From Candidatus Poseidoniaceae archaeon (GTDB taxonomy: Archaea > Thermoplasmatota > Poseidoniia > Poseidoniales > Poseidoniaceae), in the NCBI GenBank assembly GCA_045568435.1, contig JBJLBB010000001.1, positions 100,305 through 164,304 on the forward strand: a DNA stretch of 64,000 nucleotides. Reading direction: 5' to 3'. The notes beneath the pieces are model-generated. The model worked only from the letters and a program-made list of their open reading frames with translations, was not told where the DNA came from and made no database searches. The position numbers were made by a program, and so were the translations under genes. Of the stretch, positions 29,534-39,000 are shown one piece after another (position 1 is the stretch's first letter; each line of letters opens with the position of its first letter).

Positions 29534-29713
29534 ATGCCTAAAGTTTCACTTGACATGCCTGCTGAGATTATCGGCGATCTAAGATTACATGTTGGCGATG
29601 AAAGGAAATTCGTTAGCCTAGCCGATGCAATAAGGACTGCCTGTAGAAAATTACTCGACCAATTAGATGACATTGATTCGAGGCATGGAAGAAATAATGG
29701 AGGAGATTTATAA
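29534..29713 (+). CDS. Ribbon-helix-helix (CopG/MetJ-like) regulator
   Basis: MPKVSLDMP beta-ribbon, then helices IIGDLRLHV and SLADAIRTACRKLL; its stop overlaps the folE ATG (TAATG). Confidence 0.75.
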   Translation: MPKVSLDMPAEIIGDLRLHVGDERKFVSLADAIRTACRKLLDQLDDIDSRHGRNNGGDL

Positions 29714-30282
29714 TGACTACAAGAGATGAAGCAATGGAGGCTGTTAGCACTTTACTTTCATATTTAGAAAAGGATTACAAACGTGAAGGACTACTATCAA
29801 CTCCCAAAAGAGTTGTAGATTCTTGGGATGAAATTTTTTCGGGATATAATGAAAACTCAGGTGAGATATTAGATGCGACATTCAATGGAGAAGGGTACGA
29901 TGGTATCGTTTTACTTAGAGATATAGAATTTCATTCGACATGTGAACATCACCTGCAACCATTCAATGGTAGGGCTCATGTTGCATACATACCAGTTGAC
30001 AGAATAGTTGGGATAAGTAAACTATCGAGAATTGTTGATCTACATGCTAAGAGATTGCAAAACCAAGAGCGAATAACAAAAGGAATCGCTGATGACTTAG
30101 AGTCTCACTTATCACCACTTGGTGCTGCAGTAATTATTGAGGCATCACATGGCTGCATGCGATGTAGAGGTGTGAAGAAACAAAATGCTGTAATGACTAC
30201 ATCAGCAATGCGTGGAGTCTTTTTCGATAAGCAAGAGGCAAGACAGGAATTGATGCAGTTGATACAATCAAAACCACTCTGA
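29713..30282 (+). CDS. folE: GTP cyclohydrolase I
   Basis: STCEHHLQPF.G, GISKLSRIV, QNQERIT, HGCMRCRGV. Confidence 0.95.
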   Translation: MTTRDEAMEAVSTLLSYLEKDYKREGLLSTPKRVVDSWDEIFSGYNENSGEILDATFNGEGYDGIVLLRDIEFHSTCEHHLQPFNGRAHVAYIPVDRIVGISKLSRIVDLHAKRLQNQERITKGIADDLESHLSPLGAAVIIEASHGCMRCRGVKKQNAVMTTSAMRGVFFDKQEARQELMQLIQSKPL

Positions 30283-30305
30283 ACAATTAACGTAGAGGGA
30301 TTATT

Positions 30306-30902
30306 ATTACGACCTATCCAATTGTCGAAATTTTTCACTCTGTTCAAGGAGAAGCATATCACATGGGCAAGCCCCATGTTTTTGTACGATTTGGAAATTG
30401 TAATCTAAGATGCGAATGGTGTGACACAAACTTTCTAGAATATGATGAGATGGAGTTGCAAGACATTGTCAAACAGGTCCTTTCATATGGTTGCGAACGA
30501 GTGATATTTACTGGTGGAGAACCATGTCTACAAGATTTAGAAACTATCGGGAATGAATTGAAGAAATATGATCTTAACCTATCTGTTGAAACGAATGGAA
30601 CTATTGATGTCCCCGAGGTTATTGATTGGATATGTGTTTCACCTAAAGATCAATTATATCCAAACACTAAGATATCTCAAACCACAGGTAATGAATTGAA
30701 GGTAGTTTACTGTGGTCAAGACTTATCGATGTATGATAATTTGAAAGGTGGTTTTACACACCTTTACTTACAACCTTGCTATATTGAAAGCATGTCTGTA
30801 GAAGAGAATGGCAAGAACTTCGCACTTGTTGAAGAATTAGTAAAAAATAATCCTGGGTGGAGGTTATCTCTCCAGACTCATAAATGGATGGGGGTAGACT
30901 AA
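30306..30902 (+). CDS. queE: 7-carboxy-7-deazaguanine synthase (radical SAM), inferred ATT start
   Basis: CNLRCEWC, FTGGEP, ETNGT, CVSPK, RLSLQTHK. The conserved IVEIFHSVQGE lies upstream of ATG 30363, with an in-frame stop at 30288 and no ATG/GTG/TTG between. Confidence 0.92.
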   Translation: MTTYPIVEIFHSVQGEAYHMGKPHVFVRFGNCNLRCEWCDTNFLEYDEMELQDIVKQVLSYGCERVIFTGGEPCLQDLETIGNELKKYDLNLSVETNGTIDVPEVIDWICVSPKDQLYPNTKISQTTGNELKVVYCGQDLSMYDNLKGGFTHLYLQPCYIESMSVEENGKNFALVEELVKNNPGWRLSLQTHKWMGVD

Positions 30903-32053
30903 TGAAAATCGCGGTAATGGCTCTCAGCGGAGGAATGGATTCTACATCATTGCTTCTTAGACTCCTAAATGAGGGGTACCAAGTTTACTGCATATCATAT
31001 GAATATGGTCAGAAGCACCGGGTTGAAGTAGATAGGTCGGCACTAAATATTGAGTATTTAAAATCAAAGAATTTTGACGTAGTGCATGAAATTGTAGATT
31101 TACAAGGTGCTATGAGTATATTCAATAGTTCATTGCTTAATGATGAATCTGATGTCCCTGAGGGGCATTATGAAGAGGAACAGATGAAATCAACAGTAGT
31201 TCCAAATCGGAATGCTATTTTTTCTTCGATATTGTATGGATATGCACTCTCAATAGCAGTAAAAAATAATGCAAATGTCAAAATTGCCTTGGGGGTTCAT
31301 TCAGGTGACCATGCAATTTATCCAGATTGTAGACCTCAATTCTATAATGCACTAGAACACGCTTTCCAAATTGGAAATTGGGATAGTGAAAAGGTATCCT
31401 TCGAATTGCCATATATCGATGGTGACAAAAAATCTATTCTTTTAGATGCACTAAAATCATGCGAAGCATTAGAAATTGATTTTGATACAATCTTTTCCAA
31501 TACTAATACCTCATATAATCCAGACTCCGAAGGGAGGAGTTCAGGTAAAAGCGGAGCTGATATTGAGCGTATATTAGCATTCAAAGCAATAGGTCGAGTA
31601 GATCCAGTCGAATATATCGATTCATGGGAAGTAGTACTATCAAACGCGGTGGAAGTTGAAATGCGACATAAAGACGAATATTATCGGGAAAAATTGACTG
31701 AATTGCAATATATTGTGACAAGGCAAGGTGGTACTGAAAGAGCATTTACTGGAATCTATGACAAAGAAAAACGTGATGGTGTTTATCGTTGTATTTGTTG
31801 CGACCATATTTTATTCACATCATCGAATAAATATGATTCAGGTTGTGGCTGGCCAGCATTCCATAGTGAGAGTGAAGATGCTGGAATATTACGGATACCA
31901 GACGATAGTATGGGCATGTTAAGAATTGAAGTTAGATGTTCCAAATGTGATGCACATTTAGGACATGTTTTCGAAGATGGTCCTCGGTCATTTGGTGGCG
32001 AAAGATACTGCATAAATTCAGCATCATTAAATTTCGAGGAGGAATCAATATGA
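30902..32053 (+). CDS. queC: QueC (7-cyano-7-deazaguanine synthase) fused to MsrB (methionine-R-sulfoxide reductase)
   Basis: QueC part: SGGMDS, VPNRN, YPDCRPQF. MsrB part from about M at 31661: GTERAFTG, CICC, GCGWPAF, CSKCDAHLGHVFEDGP, RYCINSAS. No stop codon between them. Confidence 0.92.
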   Translation: MKIAVMALSGGMDSTSLLLRLLNEGYQVYCISYEYGQKHRVEVDRSALNIEYLKSKNFDVVHEIVDLQGAMSIFNSSLLNDESDVPEGHYEEEQMKSTVVPNRNAIFSSILYGYALSIAVKNNANVKIALGVHSGDHAIYPDCRPQFYNALEHAFQIGNWDSEKVSFELPYIDGDKKSILLDALKSCEALEIDFDTIFSNTNTSYNPDSEGRSSGKSGADIERILAFKAIGRVDPVEYIDSWEVVLSNAVEVEMRHKDEYYREKLTELQYIVTRQGGTERAFTGIYDKEKRDGVYRCICCDHILFTSSNKYDSGCGWPAFHSESEDAGILRIPDDSMGMLRIEVRCSKCDAHLGHVFEDGPRSFGGERYCINSASLNFEEESI

Positions 32054-32499
32054 CAACATACATTAGAAGATACGTAGAAACTGACACCGGACACAGAGTC
32101 CCCAATCACAAGAGTAAATGTAAGCATATGCATGGCCATCGATACAGATTTGAAGCCGAAATCGAAGGTGATGTTGTGACTCAGAAAGGTGTTTCTGAGG
32201 AGGGTATGCTAATGGATTTTTCAGATATCAGCGAGATTCTGACAATACATATCCATGATGTAGTCGACCATGCATTTGTGGTCTATCAAGGAGATGAATT
32301 GGCCTTGAGGGCTTTGGAACTAATGGGTGATGGGCATCGAACTGTAATTGTGGATTTCATTCCAACTGCAGAAAATTTAGCTAAATGGGCATTTGAACAG
32401 ATCGAGCCTCTGATTTCTACAGCATATGGAAATAGGTTGAAACTCGTTGCCATGCATGTTCGTGAGACTCCGAAGAGTATTGCTACTTGGCGACCATAA
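32050..32499 (+). CDS. queD: 6-carboxy-5,6,7,8-tetrahydropterin synthase
   Basis: GHR....SKCKHMHGHRY, LMDFS, DH, PTAENLA, RETPKS. Confidence 0.92.
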   Translation: MTTYIRRYVETDTGHRVPNHKSKCKHMHGHRYRFEAEIEGDVVTQKGVSEEGMLMDFSDISEILTIHIHDVVDHAFVVYQGDELALRALELMGDGHRTVIVDFIPTAENLAKWAFEQIEPLISTAYGNRLKLVAMHVRETPKSIATWRP

Positions 32500-33339
32500 T
32501 TATTCTTCTGAATCCGGTTGAATCTTTCTGCGCCTACGACTTATCCATTCTTCATTTCCATCCACGTATTGAAGGGCTGTAGTAGCGTCAAGAATTCCGC
32601 CAATTAATCTTGTTGCCTCGTCTTCAGTTGGCATTGAAAGCATAATTGAACGAACCATGGAATTTTTAAAACTAGATTTTCGCTCTTCATTTCCAGGCAA
32701 TGCCTTAGAAAGTTCATCAATACCTTTGACCAATATATCTCGTAAACTCCCATTTATTGAACGTTCTATTGGCACAATATCGGGTAAACTTTGGTCTTCA
32801 CCTTGATTATTGAGGACTCTAAGTTTGTGTAATTCATAGACAAATGCATTCACTGCATGTGAGAGATTAGCGATAGGATAGCCTTCCCATGTTGGTAAAG
32901 TTGTTAAAAAGTCACACATATCCAACTCATTTGTGGACATACCTTTTCCTTCTTCACCAAAAACCAAGGCTACTTTTCCATTAAATTTGAATATACGCTG
33001 AGAAAACTCCCAAGGATATGTGAAATGGCGGAATGAGGTTTTTGAACCTACTTCTCTCTTACCCGAGGTTCCAACTACAAGTGAGCAATCGCTGATTGAT
33101 TCTTCAAGACTATTGTATACTTCACATTGTTGTAAAATACTTCCTGCATGCTTTGCTCTATTTCTTGCTTCAACATCGAGATGGTCGCATTTTGGATTTA
33201 CTAAACGGAGGTTTTCAAATCCATAGTTGAGCATACTACGGCAAATAGCTCCTAAGTTTCCTGGGTGAGAAGTTCCAATCAAAATGATAACCAATTGATA
33301 ATTACTTTTCGGTAATGGCAGATTTTGTCGATCGCCCAT
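32500..33339 (-). CDS. trmJ: SPOUT RNA methyltransferase, TrmJ/TrmH family
   Basis: HPGNLGAICRSMLNYGF..LRLVNP, ALVFGEEGKGM..EL, NLSHAV. Confidence 0.85.
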   Translation of the reverse strand: MGDRQNLPLPKSNYQLVIILIGTSHPGNLGAICRSMLNYGFENLRLVNPKCDHLDVEARNRAKHAGSILQQCEVYNSLEESISDCSLVVGTSGKREVGSKTSFRHFTYPWEFSQRIFKFNGKVALVFGEEGKGMSTNELDMCDFLTTLPTWEGYPIANLSHAVNAFVYELHKLRVLNNQGEDQSLPDIVPIERSINGSLRDILVKGIDELSKALPGNEERKSSFKNSMVRSIMLSMPTEDEATRLIGGILDATTALQYVDGNEEWISRRRRKIQPDSEE

Positions 33340-33558
33340 TCAATCACCATTTGAACCAATATGCTCAGCGATCCATCTTGGGTCACAAGGCTGATAGATG
33401 AAAAATAGATATCCGCCACTTTCTCTATCGTCCATTACAAGTGAACGCTTTCTAACAGAATACTTATTCTTAAGAAAGTCAATTAATTGTTCTAATTCAT
33501 CCTTACTTTCAGAATGAACGCTGACAGGATGTCTGTCCCAATCTATGCGCACTGACAC
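33340..33558 (-). CDS. Small hypothetical protein in the ribosomal protein operon
   Basis: 72 aa, GTG start after GAGGG; its stop abuts the trmJ ATG. Confidence 0.65.
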   Translation of the reverse strand: MSVRIDWDRHPVSVHSESKDELEQLIDFLKNKYSVRKRSLVMDDRESGGYLFFIYQPCDPRWIAEHIGSNGD

Positions 33559-33570
33559 GCTAAACCCTCA

Positions 33571-33762
33571 CTAATCGACTCTTCTTTGAAGATATCTAGT
33601 GACGTATCCAGCAATCCAGTTTCTAAGTTTCTTTGAATTGACATCGGTCAACTGAGAAACTACAACTTTGTTGTGGTCGAAATCATTTGTGAATTTCTCT
33701 CTATGTTGTTCTACAAGTGTGATGGCTCTGATTTTGATAAAACTCGGTCTAATATTTCCCAT
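33571..33762 (-). CDS. rps17e: 30S ribosomal protein S17e
   Basis: MGNIRPSFIK, F..DFDHNK, SKKLRNWIAGYVTR. Confidence 0.95.
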   Translation of the reverse strand: MGNIRPSFIKIRAITLVEQHREKFTNDFDHNKVVVSQLTDVNSKKLRNWIAGYVTRYLQRRVD

Positions 33763-33767
33763 ACTAT

Positions 33768-34043
33768 TCACTCCTCAAACAATTTTACTTCTATTGGAAA
33801 CTCAGGGTCATCGTGTCTAATCACTTGTAATCGGACTTTACGTGGAGGATTTTCTATACCTCTCGACCATATGTGTTCATTGACGGATGGATCGATGTAA
33901 ACAGTCTCATCTTCAGTTACTTTCAGATGTTGTATTACATGATCTTTGATTATTTGCATTGCTCTTGGAGCGCGCTTGTACCTAGTAATATTCCAAGCAT
34001 GTCTCAAAGGCACTATTAATTCTGATTCGTTAGGTCTTGCCAT
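33768..34043 (-). CDS. rpl31e: 50S ribosomal protein L31e
   Basis: RYKRAPRA, IDPSVNEHIWSRGIENPPRKVRL; SD GAGGTG. Confidence 0.95.
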   Translation of the reverse strand: MARPNESELIVPLRHAWNITRYKRAPRAMQIIKDHVIQHLKVTEDETVYIDPSVNEHIWSRGIENPPRKVRLQVIRHDDPEFPIEVKLFEE

Positions 34044-34054
34044 AATAATACACC

Positions 34055-34210
34055 TCATCGTTGCAGTTTACTGCGTCTCCAGTGATGTCGCTTTGGATGC
34101 GATACTGTATTTCGGTCGGTCTTTAACATGACCCATACAGGGACACGTCTGTTCTGCTTCTGCACCTTCATCAGGCGTATTTTTTTGGCTGCGGGTTTAT
34201 TTCTTGACAT
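34055..34210 (-). CDS. rpl39e: 50S ribosomal protein L39e
   Basis: Not in the ORF track. Manual translation [51 protein letters not shown]. Confidence 0.95.
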   Translation of the reverse strand: MSRNKPAAKKIRLMKVQKQNRRVPVWVMLKTDRNTVSHPKRHHWRRSKLQR

Positions 34211-34224
34211 GTTCGAGCACCTTC

Positions 34225-34584
34225 TCAGATTCTACGGATTGACGCACTATGGCGGCTCTTCGATTGGGATAATAGCAAACTTTTCAGTTGCTCATCAGAC
34301 ATAGGGGGATTAAATGATTTAGATTCATACATATGAATGATACTTTGTTTAATTTGATTACTTCTTTCAGGAGTTGCTAGTGAAATTGTTGCCAAACGAG
34401 ATCTTGCATCCGGGGATAGTAGTTTTTTCATTGCTGAGTCGATTGCCGAATTCTCTATTTGCTTCTTTTGTTCTGCAAATTCAGCCTCAACCTGCTTTGA
34501 TGCTTGTGCTTCAATTTGCTTTTGAAGTTCTAACTTACGTTGATGTCTAAGCATTGCCAATTCATCATCATTTGATGCAGACAT
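34225..34584 (-). CDS. PDCD5/TFAR19-family DNA-binding protein
   Basis: [25 protein letters not shown]-terminus; conserved position after rps19e. Confidence 0.85.
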   Translation of the reverse strand: MSASNDDELAMLRHQRKLELQKQIEAQASKQVEAEFAEQKKQIENSAIDSAMKKLLSPDARSRLATISLATPERSNQIKQSIIHMYESKSFNPPMSDEQLKSLLLSQSKSRHSASIRRI

Positions 34585-34608
34585 ACTTACCACCTAATTC
34601 ACACCCGA

Positions 34609-35100
34609 TTAATACTTTGAAAGGCCAGGATACATTTCATCTGCCGCTGCTCTGTTAGCATGTGCAATAGAATCTAGTAACTTATGGCCTGCAGGAGTAA
34701 CTCTTCTTCCTGCATAAAGTTGAACTTTGCCATCTTCAGAGTCCACTTCCTTTGTAGGTACTTTTTCTACAAGTCCTGCTTCTTCGAGTTGTTGTAGAGA
34801 AGTTCTAATGATATGTCTAGAAGCAACTCCGGGAGTATTAGGCATAACACCATTATCCTGTGAACCGCCATATGTTTGTGCCAAACTTGTCACACCAACA
34901 GGGCCTTCTCTGGCGACCTTACGCAGTATCGATGCAGTTCTGATAAACCACCAGTTTGACTGAGTAGGTGGCCTTTCACGAGAGGCACCAGTCTTGACAT
35001 AAACAGACCAGTCAGGAGCTTCAATTCCCTTTGTCTCAGACAAATGGTCAGCAAGAGCAGGTATCAATAATTCCGCAGGAATATCGTAAAACGTAGTCAT
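34609..35100 (-). CDS. rps19e: 30S ribosomal protein S19e
   Basis: MTTFYDIPA, VKTGASRERPP...WWFIRTASILRK, IIRTSLQQLEEAG. Confidence 0.95.
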   Translation of the reverse strand: MTTFYDIPAELLIPALADHLSETKGIEAPDWSVYVKTGASRERPPTQSNWWFIRTASILRKVAREGPVGVTSLAQTYGGSQDNGVMPNTPGVASRHIIRTSLQQLEEAGLVEKVPTKEVDSEDGKVQLYAGRRVTPAGHKLLDSIAHANRAAADEMYPGLSKY

Positions 35101-35227
35101 ATAAACACACCAAGCAATTTGCCGACTAAACTCCCCTATATGAAAAGAACGGGTAAAATGCAATACTTCGTATCACCAAAGGCGGAAAAATGCAAGTCTT
35201 GATGAAGGTGTATCATGTGCACTCACC

Positions 35228-36046
35228 ATGCAGAAGGCTTTGGCTCAAAACCCCAATCTTCTCAGAACTCTTTTGGGTCTTTCATTTACCCTGATTTTTA
35301 TTCTCGCTTATGCGGTCTATGGAGCAACAGTGTCGCCTTCTTACTACCTTTACCAAACTGATGCTGTCACTACGACGCACTCTATTGGCGACTCTGAATC
35401 CATTTACGATTCAGATGAAAATACTACTACCTGGTATTGGAATATACCTGCTAACGGAGTTAATTTGACATGGGTCAATCTAACAGCTACGGAATTATCT
35501 GATGACTCCGTTGTTAAATTAATCAATGTAGGCGGACTTTACAGTAATCGATTACTTGGTATCGAAGATGCTGATAAATTCAGTTGTGAAGAATCTTGTT
35601 ATCAAAATACAACTCATGAGGCTGTAAGTGAAGATGGCGATGACGTTACGATATATTCGATGACCACAACAGATCCGGGTAGGCGTAACAACGGCACAGT
35701 ATATGCCAAGTCATTAGAGGATGCAACAGAAAAAGCCAGAGACATTGTCGATTATACCCACTCTCCATCGGCGATAAGAGTTGAGGTAATTGAAAAGGGA
35801 GACAGACAAACTTCACCAACAATAATCCTGACCTCCGTCAATGAAGATTTCGAAAATATTGAGGTGTTCTCAATAGATGCTGGGACTGAATTCTTATGGT
35901 CGCTGGCAGCAGTAATTGGCTGCTTCTCTATGCTATTGATTCCGTCGTTTGGACTCTATTTTGCTTCCAGGGCAAAAGAAAGGAAAAACGAACTAAAATT
36001 AAAGATGGCCGAAGATTCAGTTGATAGTGGGCTTCAAGAAGAATAA
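35228..36046 (+). CDS. Membrane-anchored extracellular protein of unknown function
   Basis: N-terminal TM, acidic beta-rich region, C-terminal TM with basic tail. Confidence 0.65.
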   Translation: MQKALAQNPNLLRTLLGLSFTLIFILAYAVYGATVSPSYYLYQTDAVTTTHSIGDSESIYDSDENTTTWYWNIPANGVNLTWVNLTATELSDDSVVKLINVGGLYSNRLLGIEDADKFSCEESCYQNTTHEAVSEDGDDVTIYSMTTTDPGRRNNGTVYAKSLEDATEKARDIVDYTHSPSAIRVEVIEKGDRQTSPTIILTSVNEDFENIEVFSIDAGTEFLWSLAAVIGCFSMLLIPSFGLYFASRAKERKNELKLKMAEDSVDSGLQEE

Positions 36047-36088
36047 GCGCCATTGCCCTCATATAGATTATATGTTTTGCATTAAACG

Positions 36089-39000
36089 ATGCGCGGGGTG
36101 AAATTTCTATCATTGTTACTTCTCGCAACCTTAGCATTAGCACCATTAGGTCCATTGTCTCAATCAAATCTAGATATTGATATTAAGCAAAACGCATCAA
36201 GTAAATCAACTGGAGTAGATTTGACTGTAAATGATGTCTCGTTTAGTTATCCCTCCACTTCAGAACAACTGAAATATCAAATGTTTTCTTCAAATCACCC
36301 AATCGTAAATTTTGATAAGCCAAAAGACCTATTTGTCGTGGATGCGGTAATCGATGTGCCAATCACAATAGATTTCACAGTGAGTAATTTAGGAACAACA
36401 AGTTCTGGAAACTTCAATGTTATAATTTTAATTTCACACAATGAATATTCTGATTTTGAATTGCATAATGAATCAGTATCACTCAATTCGATAAATGGTG
36501 GTAATTCCGCAACAGGTCAAAAAACAATTACTCCAACTTATTCAGGTAATCATACTTTGCAAATTTTTCCTGTATCGAGTGTAGTTGACGACAATCCGAA
36601 TAATGACGAACTTACAAGGTCATTTACTGTCGCATATAGTTACTTCAATTGTGATGATTTCACAGGGTGGTCGACTGGGACTCAATGGAGTTCAAACAGC
36701 GATACAGCGCTATCGCAAGGCTTTGCTTGTCATGTTGGCAATGGACAATCTTCAACCTATTCAAATAATCTAAATACTGCACTAATAACTCCAACTATGG
36801 ATATGTCTAATGCTGTAGATAATCCTACACGAACCAATGGCATAACTTTCTTTTATACGGGGAGTATATTGACAGGCGATGTAATGAAAATATATGTTAC
36901 AGATAGCAATGGGATTTGGAATGAAATGGCTAGTATTAGTGGAACGATAGACCAAGTATTCACTGATGGTGCTAATTGGCAAACATGGTCTATCAATCAC
37001 GCAGGAGCTCAGTCGCCTCTAATACCGGTGCAACAACAATATTTCCATTCACAAACACAATTCAAATTTGAGTTCACTAGTGATTCAGTAAACAACGATA
37101 TTGGCCTGTGGATGGATGATATAGTCATAGTATACGATCAAAAAGTTAAGCAGAAAGAGTATGGTTTGACTGTAAGCGGTATTTCTTCCAATGGCGCTGT
37201 CCCTGGTTCTTGGGGTAAAGCAACTGTAGAGATGACCAATACTGGAAATATTACTGAAACTTTTACTCCAACAACATCTGGCCTACCTGCGAACTGGAAT
37301 TTATACTATTCAACAACAACTGGGGTTAGTATTAATCCGGCATATGGCATCACATTGATGCCAGGAGAGTCAAAACAGTTTGACATAAACTTCCAACCAG
37401 ACTCTATGGCAAATCAAGGTCTTTACCAAGTAACATTTACTGCTAATTCGAACCAATACAATATGGTCCAGTCTCAACTGAATATGCAATTCCAAGTAAT
37501 CCCTGATAGGATACCAGAAATAATTCTACCTTCCTCAATACCGGGTTGCCAACCTGGTAACACCTGTACGTTTGAGGTAGGCGTTACAAATATTGGTGGA
37601 GCTACTGATGTATTTGATATTCAAATAGACTCTAGTGAACTACCGTTAGGTTGGAGTGTTGCCCTAGCATGGTCTCAGCCGATTAGTGTTCTGTCACAGC
37701 CTGGCATCATAAATGACATTCTAATGACTTACACAGTTCCATCAGATGCACTACCAGATAGTATAGGTAAATTTGATTTGAAAATAATTTCCCAGAATGA
37801 CTCATCGCGCATTGATGTAAGAGAAATAGAACTTACAGCATCGATGATTAGTGATGCATATGTTGAAATGGAACTGGCAAGTTTTTCGTCTAATTGGACC
37901 CTAAATCCGGGAGAAACAAGGGAGATATACTACACGATATGGAATAATGCCTCCAGTCAAGATATCTTTCTACCATCAATTAGTGTTAGAGATTTAGGCC
38001 TATGGGTAATAGAGCAACCAACTCAAACAAACATGGTCATTAATTCAGGAAAACAGTCCATGTTTAGTATTTCTATCACAGCACCTGAGCAATCGCAGGT
38101 AGGTGACGTTTGTCCTAAAATAACACCTGAAATAACTTCGACTAGAAGTGGCTCGGTATTTTCAGGTGTAGAGTTTGATGAAATTGAAGTGTCACGTAGA
38201 GATGACTTGATTATAACTCTAATAGATGAACCTGAAGTATTCAATCCAGGAATACCGAATTTGGTCAATATTGAGATAGAAAATAATGGCAATGGTCCAA
38301 ATGATGCAAATCTGGAATTAATTGGGATACCTAATGATTGGTCTTGGGAATTGTTCTTTGATGGGGAAATTATAAGCAATCCAATCAGTTTATCTGCAAT
38401 ATATGATTTGGATGATGTCAAAGAAATTCAAATCGCAATAACTCCTAATTCAACAACTCTTGCAGGCAGTTTATACCAGTATGTAGCCAAAGTATCTTCA
38501 TACGATGGTACTTTTGACAATAACCAATCCGATAATCAAATCGAATTACAAGCTACGATCTCGACAAATCATAATATTGTAATCAATACTATTGATAGTG
38601 AATTGTTTTCTGGCATTAGCAATACTACATTGGTTAGAGCATCAATACAGAATTTAGGTAATATAGTTGAAAATAATGTATTGATAAGGGCACAAATTAG
38701 TTCACTTGATACAAATCTTCAATTAAATCCATATTTCACAATAGGGGGAAATGGAATAATATTCGAACTTGATGAATTCCATATGTTGAATCTGAATATT
38801 GGGCAAAAATATGATCTTGAAGTTGGATTTATTATCCCTGAAAATACAGAGATTGGAACAAAATTCGTTGTAAACTTCGACGTACAATCGAATAATGGCA
38901 CCGGTTTGATTTTCCAAACCTCTCAAACTATGATTGATGCAAACTATAGGCGGTCAATGGTTGTAGACTTGTATTCACAGAATCTAGAAATTATCGATGA

